Notes under the pieces: model-generated
The model's database searches: none
What the model saw: only the letters and a program-made list of their open reading frames with translations
Told to the model about the DNA's origin: nothing
Translations under genes and position numbers: made by a program
Part shown: piece by piece, positions 1-11,973 of the stretch
Numbering within the stretch: the stretch's first letter is position 1
Layout of the letters: every line of letters starts with the position of its first letter
Source: an uncultured Clostridia bacterium
Lineage (GTDB): Bacteria > Bacillota > Clostridia > Christensenellales > UBA1242
DNA: 64,000 nt
Direction of reading: 5' to 3'
Assembly: GCA_945928645.1 (NCBI GenBank)
Contig: CAMENR010000002.1
Location: 1,048 to 65,047 of the forward strand

Positions 1-121
1 ATCTGTTGTTAATACAAGTTGTAAGTGAATAACTAGCAAAAAAAATTACACCAGAAAAAAAACCTAAGTAGCAAAAAAGCCACACTCCCCACCCTTGTTG
101 TAATGTAGAGAATAAAATCAT
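1..121 (-). CDS. Small hydrophobic protein, 5' part only (sits where yabQ follows yabP); runs off the window
   Basis: The ATG at 121-119 overlaps the yabP TGA stop (ATGA, 118-121). The frame stays open to position 1 and reads MILFSTLQQGWGVWLFCYLGFFSGVIFFASYSLTTCINNR, a membrane-helix-like N-terminus. The call rests on position and composition only; no family motif was recognised. Confidence 0.4.
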   Translation of the reverse strand, partial: MILFSTLQQGWGVWLFCYLGFFSGVIFFASYSLTTCINNR

Positions 122-405
122 TTGAATAATCTCTTGAACAACCCACTCTTATCTGTTGTAGAGGAGTATTTGATACTATCCACTCTGCCAGCAACTTCAA
201 TTACTCCTGTAGCAGTGTCCAGTCTAGTTACATTTAGGTCAGCCCCTATCACAATCATTACACTCCCTGCCACCCTCAATTGAAGTCTTTGCGGATTAGA
301 TTCATAAACTTTCTCCACCCCAGAAACTTTTAAGTTTTGTCTGTTTTGCAATGTTAGTTCACTGTTTTGAAATGTTTTTTCCACTTCTTTTTTGTTTTGC
401 TCCAT
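118..405 (-). CDS. yabP: YabP/YqfC-family sporulation protein
   Basis: 95 aa. The pattern ...LTLQNRQNLKVSGVEKVYESNPQRLQLRVAGSVMIVIGADLNVTRLDTATGVIEVAGRVDSIKY matches the YabP-family layout as I recall it (L.L.NR..L.I.GV..V..F....I.L.T..G.L.I.G..L.I..L....G...I.G.I..I.Y). An AGGGAGG RBS lies upstream. Confidence 0.75.
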   Translation of the reverse strand: MEQNKKEVEKTFQNSELTLQNRQNLKVSGVEKVYESNPQRLQLRVAGSVMIVIGADLNVTRLDTATGVIEVAGRVDSIKYSSTTDKSGLFKRLFK

Positions 406-781
406 AAAACCTCCCTAAAAAAAATTCTAAAGCCAAAATAAGCAAAAGTTTTGACAAAATATCTCTTTTTAATTGTTTTATAGTCTATCTAATTAAAAGT
501 GTTTATATGCTTTTTTGCAAAATTATACTTTGATAAAACAACTTGTCTATTTACAACAAATTATGACTTCCTTTTGTCTTTTTGTAATAAATTATGACTT
601 TCTTTCACTTATTCTTGCTCTTACCCATAAAAAAATATATGTAAAAGAGTGTTTTTTTATGAAATAAAAAGATTACAACTTGATCTAATTTTAATAAAAA
701 TATGGTTATATCTTCATCTAAACTAAAAAAATGATGAGTTGTTGAGAATGCTTTGTTTAAGACATTTTTGCAAGTAGGATA

Positions 782-812
782 AGAAAAAACACCACACCAA
801 ATTGGTGTGATG
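782..812 (-). terminator. Rho-independent terminator after gyrA
   Basis: A 9-bp stem (790-798 pairing with 804-812, one mismatch) has a 5-nt loop. On the minus strand it is followed by a T-run (complement of the A-run at 782-789). It lies 15 nt past the gyrA stop. Confidence 0.6.
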
Positions 813-826
813 TTGTAAATAATTAT

Positions 827-3430
827 TTAGATTTCCTCTGTGTGTTCTTCTTGTTCTGTTTGTTGTGAAGAGGTTTCTTCTTGTTCTATTTGGTTAGGCT
901 CACTTGATAATACTTCGTCTGTTGAGAGATTTTCTTGTATAGAGGAGTTTTCTGTGTCATTCTCCTCTTCTTTTTCTTCCTGGTGAATTGCTACCGAAGC
1001 ACAGACTATTTTGGAATTTTTATCTCTCAATCTCATTATTTTTACACCTTGAGAATTTCTTCCTAGGATATTAAGCGAACTGGCTTCAAATCGGATAATT
1101 GTGCCACTTTCGGACATCAATATTATATCTTGGTCTGGAGCAACTTGCTTTAGACACACCAACTTGCCTGTTTTGTCGTTTAGGACACTGGCTTTTATAC
1201 CCATTCCACCACGAGATTGAAGGCGATAATCTTCTATTCTTGTTCGTTTCCCAAATCCCTTTTCGGTGATTGTGAGCAAGTCGTATCCTCGTTTTAATAC
1301 ACACATATCCACAACGTAGTCGTCCCCAGTCAGTTTCATGCTTTTAACCCCACGAGAGCCTCTGCCCAACTTCCTTATATTCCCTTCGCTAAACCTTATA
1401 CATTTGCCTTCGTGAGTTGCGACTATAACTTCGTCAAGCCCTGTTGCTTCTTGCACAGAGATAAGCTTGTCCCCTTCGTCCAGTGCTATGGCTTTTTTGC
1501 CATTTTTGTTGATATGGACAAATTCTTGCATATCTGTTTTCTTTATTACACCCAATCTGGTTGCCATAATTAGCGAACCTTTGGCTTCCTTGTCAAAACG
1601 AACAATTTCGGTAACTGTTTCGTCATTTGCCAGTTGCAAGAGGTTAATCATTGCTCTGCCTTTGGTATTCTTTTGTGCCTCTGGAAGCATATATGCCTTT
1701 TGGGAGAACACTCTGCCCTGGCTGGTGAAGAATAATAGTTGGTCGTGCGAATTGGCAACAAACATCTTTACCACAAAGTCATCTTCCTTGGTTTTGTGAC
1801 CAGAAACACCTACTCCGCCTCGTTTTTGGGCGTGATACTCTGATACTGGTTGTCGTTTTACATAGCCAGAGTTGGTAAGAGAGATAACTACATCTTGTTT
1901 GTCGATAAAATCCTCTATATTTAGGTCGCTATAATCTACTCCTATCTCTGTTTGTCTTGGTTTTGCATATTTGTCTTTTATCTCCAAAATCTCTTTTTTG
2001 ATTATATCCAACACTTTTTGTTCGCTGGCAAGAATAGACTTGTATTCGTCAATTTGAATTTTGATTGCCTGCAACTCATCCCTTATCTTGTTAACTTCCA
2101 AACTGGTAAGCCTTTGCAATCTCATTTCGAGTATTGCAGTGGCTTGCTTTTCGGTAAGGAGGAATTTTTCGCACAGTTTTGCATTGGCATCATATTTGTC
2201 TTCACTTTTCTTGATAATTTGCACTACTTCGTCCACATTGGCAAGTGCTATAACCAAGCCCTCCAAAATATGAGCCCTTTCCTGTGCTTTCTCTAGATCA
2301 TAACGTGTTCTGCGAATGATAACATCTTTCTGATGTTCGAGGTAGTAATAAAGCATTTCCTTAAGGTTCAAAATCTTTGGCTCGCCATTGACAAGTGCAA
2401 GGAAAATTATGCCATAACTAATTTGAAGTGGAGTATGTTTGTAGAGAAGATTAAGCACTACTTGTGCATTGGCATCTCTCTTTACATCAACAACCACACG
2501 CATACCAGTTCTATCTGATTCTTCCTTTATATCTGCAATGCCTTCTATTCTTTTTTCTTTGACAAGGTTGGCTATTTGCTCAATTAGTTTTGCTTTGTTT
2601 ACCTGATAAGGCAATTCTGTTATTACGATTCTGTTGTGTTTGTTATCTTCTTCTATTTCTGCTCTTCCACGCAAAATGATAGATCCACGACCTGTTTTGT
2701 AGGCTTGTTTTGCCCCATTTCGTCCCAACATAATGGCTTTGGTTGGAAAATCTGGTGCAGGAATAATTTTTATAAGGTCATCAATGTCTATCTGTGGGTT
2801 ATCTATCAATGCCACCACTCCATCTATCACTTCACCCAAGTTGTGTGGTGGGATATATGTTGCCATACCCACAGCGATACCGTCCGAACCATTTACAAGC
2901 AAGTTTGGGAAACGTGCTGGCAAGACTGCTGGCTGTTGCAATGTTCCATCAAAGTTTGGATAAAAATCTACAGTTTCCTTGTCGATGTCCCTGAGCATTT
3001 CTCCAGAAATTTTGGAGAGTTTTGCCTCGGTGTAACGATAGGCTGCTGGAGGATCGCCGTCTATGCTACCAAAGTTGCCTTGACCATCAATCAAAGGTTC
3101 GTTGATAGAAAAATCTTGTGCAAGACGAACCAATGCATCATAAACACTGATATCGCCATGAGGGTGGAATTTGCCCAACACATCGCCTACAATACGAGCA
3201 CATTTTTTGTAACCTTTTTCGTAGGTTATGCCAAGGTCGCCCATATCATACAAAATTCTCCTATGAACAGGTTTCAATCCATCTCTTACGTCTGGGATTG
3301 CTCGGCTAACATTAACCGCCATTGCATAAGAGATAAAAGACTTTTTCATTTCGTCATTTAGGTGGACCTTGACATACTTTGTATTGTCAACCAAATCTTC
3401 CAGTTGTTTTGAATAATCTTGCTTTTTCAT
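827..3430 (-). CDS. gyrA: DNA gyrase subunit A, with an acidic low-complexity C-terminal tail
   Basis: 867 aa. Motifs seen: AMAVNVSRAIPDVRDGLKPVHRRILY, the active-site region AAYRYTEAKL and C-terminal beta-pinwheel repeats. The last ~50 aa are E/Q/S/T-rich. Confidence 0.97.
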   Translation of the reverse strand: MKKQDYSKQLEDLVDNTKYVKVHLNDEMKKSFISYAMAVNVSRAIPDVRDGLKPVHRRILYDMGDLGITYEKGYKKCARIVGDVLGKFHPHGDISVYDALVRLAQDFSINEPLIDGQGNFGSIDGDPPAAYRYTEAKLSKISGEMLRDIDKETVDFYPNFDGTLQQPAVLPARFPNLLVNGSDGIAVGMATYIPPHNLGEVIDGVVALIDNPQIDIDDLIKIIPAPDFPTKAIMLGRNGAKQAYKTGRGSIILRGRAEIEEDNKHNRIVITELPYQVNKAKLIEQIANLVKEKRIEGIADIKEESDRTGMRVVVDVKRDANAQVVLNLLYKHTPLQISYGIIFLALVNGEPKILNLKEMLYYYLEHQKDVIIRRTRYDLEKAQERAHILEGLVIALANVDEVVQIIKKSEDKYDANAKLCEKFLLTEKQATAILEMRLQRLTSLEVNKIRDELQAIKIQIDEYKSILASEQKVLDIIKKEILEIKDKYAKPRQTEIGVDYSDLNIEDFIDKQDVVISLTNSGYVKRQPVSEYHAQKRGGVGVSGHKTKEDDFVVKMFVANSHDQLLFFTSQGRVFSQKAYMLPEAQKNTKGRAMINLLQLANDETVTEIVRFDKEAKGSLIMATRLGVIKKTDMQEFVHINKNGKKAIALDEGDKLISVQEATGLDEVIVATHEGKCIRFSEGNIRKLGRGSRGVKSMKLTGDDYVVDMCVLKRGYDLLTITEKGFGKRTRIEDYRLQSRGGMGIKASVLNDKTGKLVCLKQVAPDQDIILMSESGTIIRFEASSLNILGRNSQGVKIMRLRDKNSKIVCASVAIHQEEKEEENDTENSSIQENLSTDEVLSSEPNQIEQEETSSQQTEQEEHTEEI

Positions 3431-3616
3431 TTTCTTCCCTTTTTTGTTTTGTAAAATTTGTTTGAATAAATTTTTTGTTAGAAACCTACATTTTTATAAA
3501 TAACTAGCAATTGTATTACAACTCATTGTGTGTATTTATAAAATTTATAATTTTGCTACTTATCAATCTAATAGTGTAATTTTTGGCTAAAATTTATATT
3601 TAGCAATAAAACATTG

Positions 3617-5668
<2,052 letters not shown>

Positions 5669-5839
5669 TTATTATATATATAATATATTATGTATATAAT
5701 ATAACATATATAATATGAAAAAACAACCACTTAAATCACTTTTTTCAAAAAAATTTTTTCGACAAAAAAATATATGCAGAAAATTATAAGGTAGCAAGTA
5801 TAAAAACCAACTACTTCTTATGAAAATAAAATTGAAGTA

Positions 5840-6400
5840 TATTCAAATTTTTTTATTACCCTTACTTTCTTTTTGTTGATAACTATTTTTGTTTTAACAA
5901 CCATATTTATTTTTATTTGATAATTATTTTTATTTGGTAACTTTTTTTATTTTAACTATTATATTTATTTATTTTTTTTCTTGCTGTTTTATTTATTATT
6001 TTTTTCTATTGGCTTTTATTTGTTATTTTTTTTCATTAATTAATTTTAGATTTTTGTTTAATATTTTTAATTTATTATTTATCATTTTTTTAATCTTTTT
6101 ATTTATTGTTTGTTTAATATTTCTTAGTTACCATTTGTTATCTTCTTTGTTATTTATTCATTCTTTTAATTAGTTATTTTTTGAATTATTTGATTGTTAA
6201 ATTATTTATTAAACTGATTGTTAAATAGTTTTTTTTCTTATGTTAAATTTTTATTGTATTTTATATTTTTCTTTATATCCATTTTTTATATTTATTTGTT
6301 TGGATATTTTATTTGGATAATTTGATTAAATTGCTTGTTTATTTTTCTTGTATATTCCTTGCTTGTTTATAAATTTATTTTTTGTTATTTGGTTTATAAA
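5840..6400. repeat. T-rich (plus strand) non-coding tract made of short degenerate tandem repeats
   Basis: One example is a set of ~27-bp units starting at 5972, 5999 and 6026 (TTTTTTTC-TTGCTGTTTTATTTATTA-like). Local duplications also occur, such as tgattgttaaat x2 (~6191-6235), ttggata(t/a)ttt x2 and cttgcttgttta x2. The only ORF here (5934-6173) is F/L/I low complexity. Confidence 0.5.
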
Positions 6401-6754
6401 AATTGTGAGAATAAAATATTTTTGAGAGAAAATAAAAAGTTGTGAAAATTGCTTGACAAGATTTTCTGGGGATAAAAGAGAAAATTTGAAAACGGTAAAA
6501 TGTCGGATAAATGCTAAAAGTAGCAAAATATGTGGATTTTGTAGATTTTGAAAAGTAATAATTGCTAATTGCGTGTAAAATAGCGGTTTGTAGCGATTTT
6601 ATATTGTAAAATAATGTTATTTGTTTATATTTGTAACTATATGTAATATCTTGTCAAAATTGATAAACTTCGCTATTTATCAATAATGTAGAGATTATTA
6701 GAAAATTAAGTAACTCAATTTTTTTAGAATTTGTTTTGTATTGTAATAACTATT

Positions 6755-6790
6755 AAAACAAAAAAACTGTATTCGCTTGGAAAACAGTTT
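6755..6790 (-). terminator. Candidate terminator downstream of recF
   Basis: A 7-bp stem aaactgt (6764-6770) pairs with acagttt (6784-6790). On the minus strand a T-run follows (complement of 6755-6763). It lies ~145 nt past the recF stop. Confidence 0.4.
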
Positions 6791-6932
6791 CTTTTGTAGA
6801 ATAATGTATTTTTATTGTGTTGTGTTATTAAAAATATTTTTTAGTTTAATTTTTTATTAAAAGAAATTTGTAAAAAAAATATCTGGAAAAATAAATTTCA
6901 AATAATTTTTGCTTTCAATCTTTTTGTAAATT

Positions 6933-8024
6933 TTACAATCGGGAAATCTTAGCATCTTTCACTTGAAAGATTGCATCTATATCTCTCAACTTTCTATTGT
7001 ATTTGGTGGTGGTCAAAATGGTTTGGTAATTTTCTATTTCTCTTAAAAAGTTTTGACAGCGCTTGTTGTCCAGTTCACTTAACACATCATCGAGTAGCAA
7101 TACAGGTTTTTCTCCCAATTCTTTTTCAAATAAAACTAACTCGGCAATTTTGAGAGAAAGAGTGGCAAGACGTTGTTGACCTTGCGAACCAAAGTTTCTG
7201 ATGTCTATGCCATTGATTGTTATCTGTATGTCATCTCTGTGTGGACCTATTGTGGTATAACCAAATTCAAAATCTCTTTTTAGATTGGCTTTGTAACTTT
7301 GATAAATTTTGTTTTTTATATCCTGAACAGTGGGAAGATTTATCCCTTGATATTTTACATCGAGGTCCTCCTTGCCAGAAGTGATGTTGTGATGTATCTT
7401 TTTTGCAGGTTCTTTAATTTTGTCCAAAAACCACAGTCTTTGAAAAATTATCCTACTTGCCACATCTGCCAATTGACTGTCCCACAAATCTATGGTGTCC
7501 GATATTCCCTCTAAAGTTTTTGTTTGTTTGAGTAGTTTGTTACGTTCGTTTAATATTTTGTCATAGCGAAGAAGATTGTAAAAATATTGCTTGTTTAGTT
7601 GGCTAATATCAATATCCATAAATCTTCGTCTGTCGGCTGGGCCATCTTTGATAAGTCCAATTTCGTCTGGAGCAAAATACACCACAGGCATCTCGCCAAT
7701 CAAATCTCCTATACGCTTTATACCCATACCATTGATTTTGATTATTTTGTTGGTTTGGTCGTTTAACACCAACTCTATGGTTTGGTCATAATATTTCTTT
7801 TTACTCTTTACATACACCTTTGCGAAGTTGCTACCCCATTTGATTAAATCTTTCTCTTTGTTTGTTTTGGGAGATTTGCCGATACTGGAAATATACACAC
7901 TCTCCAAAAAGTTTGTTTTGCCTTGTGCATTATTTCCCCTAAAGATATTCAATCCCGGAGATAGTTTGAGTTCGCAAGAGGTATAGTTTCTAAAATTTTC
8001 TAGCTTAACCTTTTCTATTATCAT
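6933..8024 (-). CDS. recF: DNA replication/repair protein RecF
   Basis: 363 aa. Motifs seen: Walker A GNNAQGKTNFLES, signature SQGQQRLATLSLKIAE and Walker B LLLDDVLSELD. Confidence 0.95.
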   Translation of the reverse strand: MIIEKVKLENFRNYTSCELKLSPGLNIFRGNNAQGKTNFLESVYISSIGKSPKTNKEKDLIKWGSNFAKVYVKSKKKYYDQTIELVLNDQTNKIIKINGMGIKRIGDLIGEMPVVYFAPDEIGLIKDGPADRRRFMDIDISQLNKQYFYNLLRYDKILNERNKLLKQTKTLEGISDTIDLWDSQLADVASRIIFQRLWFLDKIKEPAKKIHHNITSGKEDLDVKYQGINLPTVQDIKNKIYQSYKANLKRDFEFGYTTIGPHRDDIQITINGIDIRNFGSQGQQRLATLSLKIAELVLFEKELGEKPVLLLDDVLSELDNKRCQNFLREIENYQTILTTTKYNRKLRDIDAIFQVKDAKISRL

Positions 8025-8258
8025 ACAGATATTTTATCACAGTTTGCTTTTTTTTGAAATAGAAATTATCAAACATTTCATTTTTAATTTTTATCACCAT
8101 TTGACTTTTGATAAGATAACTTTTTGTGAATGATAATCAAAATTTTTAATAGTAAGAAGTTTTTGTGGTTATTCCCCTTTTGAATAAAAGATTGGTGGTC
8201 AAAAATAAAAAAATTTTTGAAATTTGCCTTTTGAAAAAGATTTTGTTGACACTAGTCA

Positions 8259-8287
8259 TTGACAATAAAAAATATTTATTGTATTAT
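8259..8287 (+). promoter_or_regulatory. Sigma-70/SigA-type promoter for dnaA
   Basis: TTGACA (8259-8264), a 17-nt spacer and TATTAT (8282-8287). A GGGGGAG RBS lies at 8302-8308 and the ATG at 8311. Confidence 0.55.
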
Positions 8288-8310
8288 TAAATTGTATATA
8301 TGGGGGGAGT

Positions 8311-9657
8311 ATGAACAATTTACTTATCACGTGGAAAGATGTCCTAAAAGAAATGCAAAACCTTGTTACTGCCGTAAGTTATGATCTTTATATCGAAACT
8401 TTGGAGCCTATTAAGTATGAAAATGGCAAACTTGTTCTTTTGGCATCTACAGAGACCAACAAAAATCAACTTATGAAACTTCATTACAACAAACTCCTTG
8501 GGGTGTGCCAAAAACATTATGGCGAGATTGATGAAATGATTATTCTCCAACCTAATGAAGAAAAAGAGTTTTTGGACGAAGTTCGTCAGGCTGAAGAAGA
8601 GTTGAGGATAAAGCAAGAATTTGACGAACGCAACAAACTCAACGAAAAATACACCTTTGACACCTTTGTGGTTGGCAAAAGCAATCAAGTTGTTTACTCT
8701 GCTTGCAAAAATGTTGCCGAAAATCCTGGGAAGAATTTCAATCCACTGTTTATTTATGGTGGTGTGGGGTTGGGCAAAACACACCTTTTGCATGCTATTG
8801 GCAATTATATCAGGAAGACTTTTCCAAAGACAAGGTTGTTGTATGTTACTTGCGAGCAGTTTATGAACGACTTTACAAGGGCAATAAGAGAAAAGACCAA
8901 TGAAGCATTCCGCAAGAAATATCGAGAAGTGGACGTTTTGATGGTAGATGATATTCAGTTTATAGCCAACAAGACGGGGACTCAAGAGGAATTTTTCCAT
9001 ACATTCAATGACCTTTATCAGTTGAACAAGCAAATTGTGCTAGCAAGCGACAAACACCCAAGAAATATGGAAACCTTGGAAGAGCGGTTAAAATCTCGAT
9101 TCACAGGTGGGTTGACACAAGATATTCAGAAACCAGACTTTGAAACTCGACTTGCTATCCTTCAGAAAAAGGTTCAACTGGAAAATTACAATGTAGATCC
9201 AAATGTTCTTATTTTCCTTGCAGAAAGGATTGATAGCAATATAAGAGAGTTGGAAGGAAGTCTTAATAAAGTTGTTTCTCTGTCTATCCTTATGGGCAAA
9301 GAACAAGCGAGTATGTTTGAAGCAGAGGAAGCCTTAAAGGACATTGAATTTGACCGTTCTCAACATCTTACGGTTGACAAAATTATTGATACCGTTTGCA
9401 AATACTACAATGTAAAGCGAAGCGATTTGGTTGGTAAAAAGAAAAACAAAGAGATTGTGGACCCACGTCAAGTGTGTATGTATGTGGCAACCGAATTGCT
9501 TGATGTCCCTCTGATGACCATTGGAGAAATTATGGGAGGCAGAGATCACACCACTGTGATGCATGCAAGAGATAAGATTGCAGACAATATTCGCAAAAAC
9601 AAAGCGCTTAAAACAGAAATTGACGACCTAATCACTATGCTGAAGTCGGAAACATAA
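8311..9657 (+). CDS. dnaA: Chromosomal replication initiator DnaA
   Basis: 448 aa. Motifs seen: AAA+ Walker A GGVGLGKTHLLHA, MVDDIQF and the C-terminal DNA-binding region with ...GGRDHTTVMHARDKI. Confidence 0.98.
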   Translation: MNNLLITWKDVLKEMQNLVTAVSYDLYIETLEPIKYENGKLVLLASTETNKNQLMKLHYNKLLGVCQKHYGEIDEMIILQPNEEKEFLDEVRQAEEELRIKQEFDERNKLNEKYTFDTFVVGKSNQVVYSACKNVAENPGKNFNPLFIYGGVGLGKTHLLHAIGNYIRKTFPKTRLLYVTCEQFMNDFTRAIREKTNEAFRKKYREVDVLMVDDIQFIANKTGTQEEFFHTFNDLYQLNKQIVLASDKHPRNMETLEERLKSRFTGGLTQDIQKPDFETRLAILQKKVQLENYNVDPNVLIFLAERIDSNIRELEGSLNKVVSLSILMGKEQASMFEAEEALKDIEFDRSQHLTVDKIIDTVCKYYNVKRSDLVGKKKNKEIVDPRQVCMYVATELLDVPLMTIGEIMGGRDHTTVMHARDKIADNIRKNKALKTEIDDLITMLKSET

Positions 9658-9727
9658 GGATTTTTGAACAATATCTTTTTTGAAAAAATAGAAAAATGAC
9701 CTTTTGTAAAGGTATAGAAAGATGTGT

Positions 9728-10085
9728 TTGTCCACAATGGGATAGTTATCCCCACGAAATTGTTGACAAAATTATGTTGAAAATAAGCAAAAGAACAATA
9801 AAAAAAGGTTTTTTTGACGAAAAAACAGAGTTTTCCACATTTCCACCGCACTAATAATAACTCTTAAAAAATTTATATTACTATTTGTATACATAATATA
9901 GTAAAACTTAATTGCGAAAAGTCAAAAAAGATGAGTTGTTAACAAAAATATGCACTTATCCACAATGATTGATTGAGAACAATTCACATTGTCAACAACA
10001 AAATATTGTGGTTAAGTTGCTGATAAAGTGGCTGATTTGACACAATATATTGTGCTTTCGGTGGCAAAAAATAAGTTGTGCACAA
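9728..10085. promoter_or_regulatory. oriC candidate: DnaA-box cluster plus AT-rich stretch in the dnaA-dnaN spacer
   Basis: One perfect box, TTATCCACA, lies at 9956-9964. One-mismatch boxes: TTGTCCACA 9728-9736, TTATCCCCA 9746-9754, TTTTCCACA 9831-9839 and TGTGGTTAA (reverse) 10007-10015. The palindrome TTGTGCACAA lies at 10076-10085. A ~60-bp stretch that is AT-rich by eye (9851-9910) sits between the box groups. Confidence 0.6.
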
Positions 10086-10132
10086 CGGAAACGCTACTAT
10101 TATAAATATTTAATAAAAAAAGGAGAAAGAAT

Positions 10133-11239
10133 ATGAAAGTTATGTGCGAGGGGTTAGATTTGAGTGTTGCTACTGCTCAGGTTACAAAGGCAATATCTTC
10201 AAAGACAACTAATCCTGTTTTGGAGGGAATTAAACTAACTGCAGAAAATGACACCCTAAAATTGTCTGCTACAGATTTGGAGTTGGTCATTGAAAAAACT
10301 ATTAAAGCAGAAGTTAAGGTAGAAGGAGAGGCTGTTGTTCCTGGCAAATTCTTTTCGGAGTTTGTCAGAAAGTTGACCAATGATAAGATAGAGTTGGAGT
10401 TGAATGACAAAAATCAACTTAAAATCAATTATACTGACAGCGAAAGTGTTGTTCAATGTTACAATGTAGCAGAATTTCCAAATCTCGAACTTCAGGGTGA
10501 GAAGGAACACTTTGTTTTGAGTAAGAAAGATTTTAAGTCGCTGGTTACAAAATCAATATTTTCAACTGCGCTGGACGACACCAGACCTATCCTAAAAGGT
10601 GTGTGTTTTGAAATTTCAAAGACAGAAATAACTGCTGTTGGTTTGGATGGATACAGGTTGGCATTGGTCAAAAAGCCTGTTAAAGAAAGTTCTGTGGAAA
10701 CAAGGATTGTTGTGCCTGCAAAGAGTTTGACAGAAATATCTAAGTTTTTGGAAGATAGTGATGATGATGTCAAAATTTGTGTGCAGAAAAATTTCCTTAT
10801 GGTAGAGATAGACAATACAAAGATTATTTCTAGGTTGATTGAAGGTGATTTTATCAATTACAGACAGATTGTTCCTACAGAATTTTCTACCAGCATAATA
10901 ATTTCGAGGGCAATGTTTGAAGAAGCAATAGAAAGAAGTTCTATTTTGTCTAGAATTGACAGGAATAATTTGGTAAAATTTGAGATAAAGGAAAAGTTGC
11001 TCACCTTAACATCCAACTCCGACATAGGAAATATCAGAGAGAATATTGGCGTAGCCCTAAAAGGTAATGACCTGACCATTGCATTCAACTCAAGATATTT
11101 TTCGGAAGGGTTGAGGACAATGACTGAGGAGGCAATAAAAATATCTTTTAACACTCCTTCTAGCCCTTGCGTAGTAACTCCGGTGGATAGTGATGAATAC
11201 CTATACCTCATCTTGCCAGTTAGAATAATTACACAATAA
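10133..11239 (+). CDS. dnaN: DNA polymerase III beta sliding clamp
   Basis: 368 aa with a typical three-domain clamp sequence (..TNPVLEGIKLTAENDTLKLSATDLELVIE..). An AGGAGAAAG RBS lies upstream. Confidence 0.96.
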   Translation: MKVMCEGLDLSVATAQVTKAISSKTTNPVLEGIKLTAENDTLKLSATDLELVIEKTIKAEVKVEGEAVVPGKFFSEFVRKLTNDKIELELNDKNQLKINYTDSESVVQCYNVAEFPNLELQGEKEHFVLSKKDFKSLVTKSIFSTALDDTRPILKGVCFEISKTEITAVGLDGYRLALVKKPVKESSVETRIVVPAKSLTEISKFLEDSDDDVKICVQKNFLMVEIDNTKIISRLIEGDFINYRQIVPTEFSTSIIISRAMFEEAIERSSILSRIDRNNLVKFEIKEKLLTLTSNSDIGNIRENIGVALKGNDLTIAFNSRYFSEGLRTMTEEAIKISFNTPSSPCVVTPVDSDEYLYLILPVRIITQ

Positions 11240-11560
11240 AAACCTTACGAGAAAAAATATTAAAATACTTATATTATAATTATAAAAAAAATATATATAT
11301 TATAAAAAAAATTATATAATAAAAAGAATATTACTGATATTATAAATTATGATTTTTTATAGTTTAATATAGATTATAATTTTTGTAATAAAAAATATTA
11401 AGTAATAACGAATTTAATAAATAATTAAAAAATATTTCAGTAAATAATAAATTTAGATAAAAAATATTTAGTATTAAAAAATTATTAAAACTATCGTAAG
11501 AGTACGTTATTATTAAAAGTATTGTAAAAGTGTATTATTATAAAATTGAAGAATTATGGG
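11240..11560. repeat. Extremely AT-rich non-coding tract with ~32-37-bp degenerate repeats
   Basis: The tract is almost pure A/T by eye. AAAAAATATT recurs at 11252, 11390, 11427 and 11459. The last three head related units (AAAAAATATTnAGTAATAA..AATTTA). Confidence 0.5.
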
Positions 11561-11624
11561 TTTAGAGTATTAAAAAAATTTTCGTTGTTGAATAATGTGT
11601 TTAAGTCTAAATCGCTTATGATTG

Positions 11625-11661
11625 AAATACGTTCGCAGATTGTCTGTGGGCGTATTTTTTA
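11625..11661 (+). terminator. Candidate rho-independent terminator
   Basis: aatacg (11626-11631) pairs with cgtatt (11651-11656), with an inner caga/tctg pairing, followed by TTTT. It lies ~390 nt after the dnaN stop. Confidence 0.4.
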
Positions 11662-11776
11662 TAAACGGTGATGAAATGGAAAAAAAATTCAAAAAAATTT
11701 CAGGGCTAAAGTGCAGTGATAATGCGGAGTTTGTAAAATGGTTGGTAAAAAATTAAAAAAAAATTGACACTAACTG

Positions 11777-11805
11777 TTGACTTTGGCTTTTTGGTAGTTT
11801 ACAAT
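11777..11805 (+). promoter_or_regulatory. Sigma-70/SigA-type promoter for the orphan gene
   Basis: TTGACT (11777-11782), a 17-nt spacer and TACAAT (11800-11805). This predicts a ~160-nt leader. Confidence 0.5.
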
Positions 11806-11973
11806 GAAAGTGTGGTGTGAAGAGGATGACCTAGGCTACAACCTCGTTGCATTGCAAAATAAAATAGTTATTGCTACAATCTTGTCCACAATTTGTGCAC
11901 AAGACAGCAAAAATTATTTGAGTTTGACAAAAAAAAGAGAGTGCTGTCAAACTATAAAAAAAAGAGGGAGGGT

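Noticed and set aside
406-560. SigE-type sporulation promoter upstream of yabP
   Set aside because: I found only a loose CATATAAA element with unsuitable spacing to any -35-like sequence. This cannot be supported by eye.
5934-6173. 79-aa plus-strand ORF, and the 66-aa minus-strand ORF at 6326-6526, in the recF-gyrB gap
   Set aside because: The translations are F/L/I/Y low complexity produced by T-rich DNA. There is no RBS and no recognisable protein features.
11671-11756. Small ORFs (12-27 codons, e.g. MEKKFKKISGLKCSDNAEFVKWLVKN) in the dnaN-orphan spacer
   Set aside because: There is no convincing RBS and no recognisable family. This is indistinguishable from chance ORFs.
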